The notes under the pieces are model-generated. The model saw nothing but the letters and a program-made list of their open reading frames with translations. It was not told the origin of the DNA and did not search any database. From a virus, in IMG/VR virus record IMGVR_UViG_3300018476_000004, positions 1-46,378 of that record: a stretch of DNA of 46,378 nt. One strand, 5' to 3'. Below, in pieces: positions 43,306 through 46,378 of the stretch; the stretch's first letter is position 1, and the number at the start of each line of letters is the position of its first letter. The position numbers and the translations under genes were made by a program.

Positions 43306-43734
43306 TTACGGCAACTGGCACAACGCCGCCGCGAGGTCGTCGACCTCGACGCTGCGTAGGTCGGTCACCACCCTAGTCCTTATAGAGGGGGGGGGGGGGG
43401 GGGGGGCGGCGGGAGGGGCGCCCCCCCCTTGGGGAAGCGACGCCCGCGCCGCGAGGCGGGCGGCGGTGTCACGCCGCGGCCCCGTGGATGGGGGGGGGGG
43501 GGGGGGGGGGGGGGGTACTTGGGCTAGGTGCCGACCGACGTTGGCGAGCACGTGCTCGGCACATGCGCGGGCGATCGAGCGATCAGAGCCCTCGAACACC
43601 GCGTCGTCGAGCAACAGACACGCGGCGAGCGCACCGGGTTTCGTCGGCAACCGTAGGCCCGTATGTGACGCGACTACGTTGGTAATCGCCGTGATCGTGT
43701 GCTGCATGTGCTGAGTATTCCCCGCCCTGTGCAT
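43306..43734 (-). CDS. Hypothetical ORF reading both C-tracts as polyproline (Pro9 and Pro6); candidate phase-variable gene or artefact
   Basis: Open for 142 codons through both homopolymers, with a plausible N-terminal 73 aa. The opposite strand is also open, so the evidence is weak. Confidence 0.3.
   Translation of the reverse strand: MHRAGNTQHMQHTITAITNVVASHTGLRLPTKPGALAACLLLDDAVFEGSDRSIARACAEHVLANVGRHLAQVPPPPPPPPPSTGPRRDTAARLAARASLPQGGGAPPAAPPPPPPSIRTRVVTDLRSVEVDDLAAALCQLP
43387..43406. repeat. G20 homopolymer (followed by a C8 run at 43421..43428)
   Basis: Counted directly. Confidence 0.9.
43490..43515. repeat. G26 homopolymer
   Basis: Counted directly. Confidence 0.9.
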
Positions 43735-43920
43735 GCGCCGGATCCAAGATCAGATCGGGTCGGTCTTTATATAGCCAAGAGGCACTTTTGGCGAGAATGT
43801 CCGCATTTTGGTGTGATGTGGTCGCCGGGTGTGTGTCACGCGCATCACTGATCCGCGATCCCCGCTTGCCTCGCGCGATCGCACGGCTCGTCGCCGCCGC
43901 CCGCAATTGTCACGCGTGCG

Positions 43921-43960
43921 GTTTATCCCATTGACGTGATAAACGTGGCCGGCGTATACC
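43921..43960 (+). promoter_or_regulatory. Rightward early promoter/operator: TTGACG-N18-TATACC overlapped by the dyad GTTTATC-N10-GATAAAC (43921..43944)
   Basis: Near-identical inverted copy of 42596..42620; 40 nt upstream of the GGAGG-preceded ATG 44001. Confidence 0.65.
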
Positions 43961-44000
43961 CCGCGTGCAGTCGATACCACGCAAAGCGGAGGGCTACCGC

Positions 44001-45227
44001 ATGGCATGGAACTACCGGCAATACGGGTCGGCGATCGATCCCGTACACAAGTCGCACTTGAACGATATTACCGGCGACTGGGGTTGCCCGACGCGGTTTC
44101 GTTATGCAATGGACGCGCGCGCGGCGGCCGGCGGCGCGGTGTACAACCTCGACAAGCCGGTGCGCGGCGACGCGGCATGCGGTACCGCGGCGCACGAAAC
44201 GATCGCGCGCGTACTTACGCACCCTGAGACGCGCGACCGAGTGCTCGCGGGGCCCGGTGTCGTGTCGCGTGATCATGTTGCGCGCACCCTAAACGAAGAA
44301 CTCAAACGCGAGGCCGGCGGCCGAAGGATCGAGTGGTACGACGACGACGCCGGCGAGGTGATCACCGACCGCGTGTCGATGGTGTGCGGGTTGCTCGACG
44401 ACTTGCACCGGCACGTCGCCGAGGTCGTACTCGTCGAGCCCGCATTTCTAGTCAAGCTCGGCGCGCACTGGTTGAGCGGGCACATTGACCTCGTATACCG
44501 CCCGCGGCGTAACCCGGCCGGGCTTGCGCTGGCCGATTGGAAAACGGGCGCGTCGCGGCCGCTACCAATCGAGCTCGATCACGGTTGGGAGGCGGGCGTG
44601 TATTCGCTCGCGGTGCACTCGGGCGTGTTCCTCGACCGCGCGCAACTCGAGGTGATTCCCGGCGGCGAGGCGGGCGTGACGACGGTCGCGTGCGGCACGC
44701 ACACGGTCACGCACCCGTCGCGGTACATGGCCGAACGCGAGTGCGCCGAGCGCGTGCTTGCCGCGGCGGCGACCGCGGCCGAGCTCAAAGGCGCGTCGCC
44801 CGGCGTGCCGCTACAAAGCCTCTATCGCTTTCCGGGCGAGATCTATCACGTGCACCTCGGCGACTACGTGCCGTACAAGCGCGGCGGCAAGAAAGCGATC
44901 AAGCGGCCGGAAGACCTCGCGTGGTACCGACTCGCGCAACCCGCAACGGTGAAGTTTGAGGCCGGCGCGTTGCGCGGGCCCGCGTGGCTACCGGTGCGGA
45001 TCACCGAGCACGATATCCCGCGCGTCGAGTACCGCGTGCGCAATGTCGTGGGCATGATCCGCATGGGGCGATTCATCGACCAAATCGGCGACCGCTGTGC
45101 CAAGTGCCCGTACGCGGGTGATTGCTTGACCGGCGGGTACGCACTGCGCGGCGACGCGCGCAAGGACGCCGAACGCGCGTTGCAAGGTACCGACACGAGC
45201 TCGGCCGACGACCTCGTGATCGATTGA
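44001..45227 (+). CDS. PD-(D/E)XK exonuclease, Cas4/RecB-like with a C-terminal Cys cluster
   Basis: GHIDLVY...LADWKTG nuclease core; an N-terminal Cys (WGCPTRF) plus CAKCPYAGDC at the C-terminus resemble the Cas4-type Fe-S ligand arrangement. RBS GGAGG lies 9 nt before the ATG. Confidence 0.7.
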   Translation: MAWNYRQYGSAIDPVHKSHLNDITGDWGCPTRFRYAMDARAAAGGAVYNLDKPVRGDAACGTAAHETIARVLTHPETRDRVLAGPGVVSRDHVARTLNEELKREAGGRRIEWYDDDAGEVITDRVSMVCGLLDDLHRHVAEVVLVEPAFLVKLGAHWLSGHIDLVYRPRRNPAGLALADWKTGASRPLPIELDHGWEAGVYSLAVHSGVFLDRAQLEVIPGGEAGVTTVACGTHTVTHPSRYMAERECAERVLAAAATAAELKGASPGVPLQSLYRFPGEIYHVHLGDYVPYKRGGKKAIKRPEDLAWYRLAQPATVKFEAGALRGPAWLPVRITEHDIPRVEYRVRNVVGMIRMGRFIDQIGDRCAKCPYAGDCLTGGYALRGDARKDAERALQGTDTSSADDLVID

Positions 45228-45287
45228 AACGACACCGACACTGCACGGCAGCACGAAACCCAACCCAACCCAACGAGAGTGACCGAC

Positions 45288-46217
45288 ATGTCCAAGACCA
45301 AAACGGCAGCGCCCGACGTACCCGCCCCCGCCCCCGCGCCCGGCCCGGCGCCCGCGCCCACAGCCAACGGCGGCGGCGGCGGCGACGGCCAGCTTGCGTT
45401 AGCGACGCACGATGAACTCGCGGCGCTCGGCATGACCGACGACGAGCTCGGCGACGACGGGCTCGCGCAAGTCGACCGCGACGACATCAAGATCCCGGCG
45501 TATGCCCTCAACGTGAAAGGCAAAGGGCCCGACGGCCGGCCGCTCGATTTTTCCGCGTACTACAACACCGTCGACGAGACGCGAAAACTCACGGTCAACG
45601 CCGCGTTTTTGCACTTGCACAAGTCGAACCTGTATTCGAAGTGGAATGAGCCGAAGAACCAAACCGACGTAATTTGCCGGTCGTATGATCGCATCACGGG
45701 CACCATGACCGCCGACGGGCGCGAGCGGCCTTGCGAGGGTTGTCCTGACGCGGTGTGGTACCGCGACAACGACGGCAAGCGGCGCAAGAATTGCTCGCCG
45801 GTGTACAACGTCTTCGCCGTCGACCGCGACACGTCCACACCGTTTGTCGTGCGGTTCAAACGCACCGCGTTGCCCGTAATCAAAACGTACTTACAAAAGC
45901 ATCACATCGGTCGGCGGATCGTCAAAGGCGTGCGGCTGAACTATCCGTTGCACGTGTTCAGCGTCGAGCTTACGAGCACGATGTCAGACAACGGCAACTA
46001 TGCGATCCCGATCTTGACGCGCGGTAAGTTGCTCGAGCGCGGCGAGGTCATGTCACTCGCCGCCAACGCCAAGGTGCTGCGCGAGCAAGTGTTGGGGATC
46101 TTGTCGCACGTCGAAACCGTCGCCGAGTCGCGGGAGGGTGCGGCCGATGACGGCGGCGACACGTCATTCGAGCCCGAGAAGTACGCCGCCGACGTCGGTA
46201 AGGATTTCGTCGCGTGA
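45288..46217 (+). CDS. Hypothetical protein with a CxxC-containing core; possible ssDNA-binding/annealing partner of the exonuclease
   Basis: Adjacent to the exonuclease in the early operon; ICRSYD...RPCEGCPDAVW...KNC motif. The function is an inference from position only. Confidence 0.5.
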   Translation: MSKTKTAAPDVPAPAPAPGPAPAPTANGGGGGDGQLALATHDELAALGMTDDELGDDGLAQVDRDDIKIPAYALNVKGKGPDGRPLDFSAYYNTVDETRKLTVNAAFLHLHKSNLYSKWNEPKNQTDVICRSYDRITGTMTADGRERPCEGCPDAVWYRDNDGKRRKNCSPVYNVFAVDRDTSTPFVVRFKRTALPVIKTYLQKHHIGRRIVKGVRLNYPLHVFSVELTSTMSDNGNYAIPILTRGKLLERGEVMSLAANAKVLREQVLGILSHVETVAESREGAADDGGDTSFEPEKYAADVGKDFVA

Positions 46218-46227
46218 GGTTTAGCCA

Positions 46228-46378
46228 ATGGACGATCTAGAACAAAAGCTCACGGCCGAGGCGGTGACGGCGTTGGTTCCATTCGAGCCGATCATGCGCT
46301 GGTTTGCTTTTGGGCATCTACCGCCCAAGCTCGCCGATGTGTCGTGTTGGTTTGCCGTGCTCGCAGTGGAAGTGACCG
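46228..46378 (+). CDS. N-terminal part of the junction-spanning hypothetical ORF (continues at 1..230)
   Basis: ATG 46228 (MDDLEQKLTAEAVTALVPFEP...), in frame with 9..230 after the 123-bp overlap is removed. Confidence 0.6.
   Translation, partial: MDDLEQKLTAEAVTALVPFEPIMRWFAFGHLPPKLADVSCWFAVLAVEVT
46256..46378. repeat. Terminal direct repeat, copy 2 (identical to 1..123)
   Basis: Base-by-base identity read from the sequence. Confidence 0.95.

Larger units (their letters stand above)
1..46378. mobile_element. Complete temperate tailed-phage genome (contractile-tail morphology genes, tyrosine integrase), assembled as a circle with 123-bp end overlap
   Basis: Full set of phage modules (terminase, portal, protease, capsid, sheath, tube, TMP, baseplate, fibres, integrase, CI/Cro, replication) and identical ends 1..123 = 46256..46378. 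Confidence 0.9.

Noticed and set aside
43199-43714. Plus-strand 171-aa ORF reading the G tracts as poly-Gly
   Set aside because: It starts inside the CI-like gene in a different frame and is Arg/Ala/Gly-rich throughout. It is a shadow frame of GC-rich DNA, although it shows that open frames here are weak evidence.
43965-44000. GTG 43965 as the start of the exonuclease gene (the ORF-track start)
   Set aside because: It lies only 4 nt after the -10-like hexamer and has no RBS. ATG 44001 is preceded by GGAGG at the correct distance.
1-46378. Transposable Mu-like phage, suggested by the Mu-type head genes
   Set aside because: I found no DDE transposase or MuB-like ATPase ORF. The genome instead encodes a tyrosine integrase with an adjacent attP-like region and an excisionase-like HTH.

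Overview
This window is one complete, GC-rich temperate tailed-phage genome. Its first 123 bp (1..123) are identical to its last 123 bp (46256..46378), so the unit genome is about 46,255 bp and closes into a circle. One ORF reads across the junction (46228..46255 joined to 1..230). Almost all genes are tightly packed, and many are joined by ATGA, GTGA or TAATG stop/start overlaps, which I used as the main criterion for choosing starts.

Gene modules:
- **Rightward early operon (+ strand, 44001 across the junction to 5511):** a Cas4/RecB-like PD-(D/E)XK exonuclease and a probable partner protein, a RecD2-like helicase split into two genes, a run of small Cys-rich ORFs, an excisionase-like HTH and a DUF3846-like protein.
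- **Integration:** a tyrosine integrase (5516..6946, - strand) followed by a non-coding, attP-like region (6947..7302).
- **Late operon (- strand, 28560 down to 7303):** a possible small terminase, TerL, a Mu gp29-like portal, an S49 protease/scaffold fusion, a decoration-like protein, a Mu gpT-like major capsid protein, connector proteins, sheath, tube, G/GT chaperones with a -1 frameshift site, tape measure, baseplate and tail fibres. The virion therefore has a contractile tail. The head genes look Mu-like, but there is no transposase.
- **Accessory island (28677..31968):** a secreted, membrane-anchored glycoside hydrolase, two Zn-ribbon proteins and a Pro-rich secreted or lipoprotein-like gene with its own promoter.
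- **Leftward early operon (- strand, 42573 down to 32018):** a Cro-like HTH, a Toprim/SF3 primase-helicase, an iteron-type origin, an MT-A70 methyltransferase, an ASCH protein, a RuvC-like resolvase and an SF2 helicase.
- **Immunity region (42582..43960):** a CI-like XRE repressor flanked by two inverted, near-identical promoter/operator copies.

Most unusual observations:
- Two very long G homopolymers (G20 and G26) lie inside the immunity region. A minus-strand ORF reads them as polyproline.
- The promoter/operator is duplicated, with weaker copies of the half-site near int.
- A dense GGTGGCCCCA iteron field contains a perfect 35-bp inverted repeat around a 95-bp AT-rich core.
- A divergent HTH and two-TM peptide pair is wedged between TerL and the portal gene.
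- I could not recognise a lysis cassette.

Limits: all family names come from motif recognition by eye, not from searches. Coordinates of short motifs were counted by hand and may be off by 1-2 nt.
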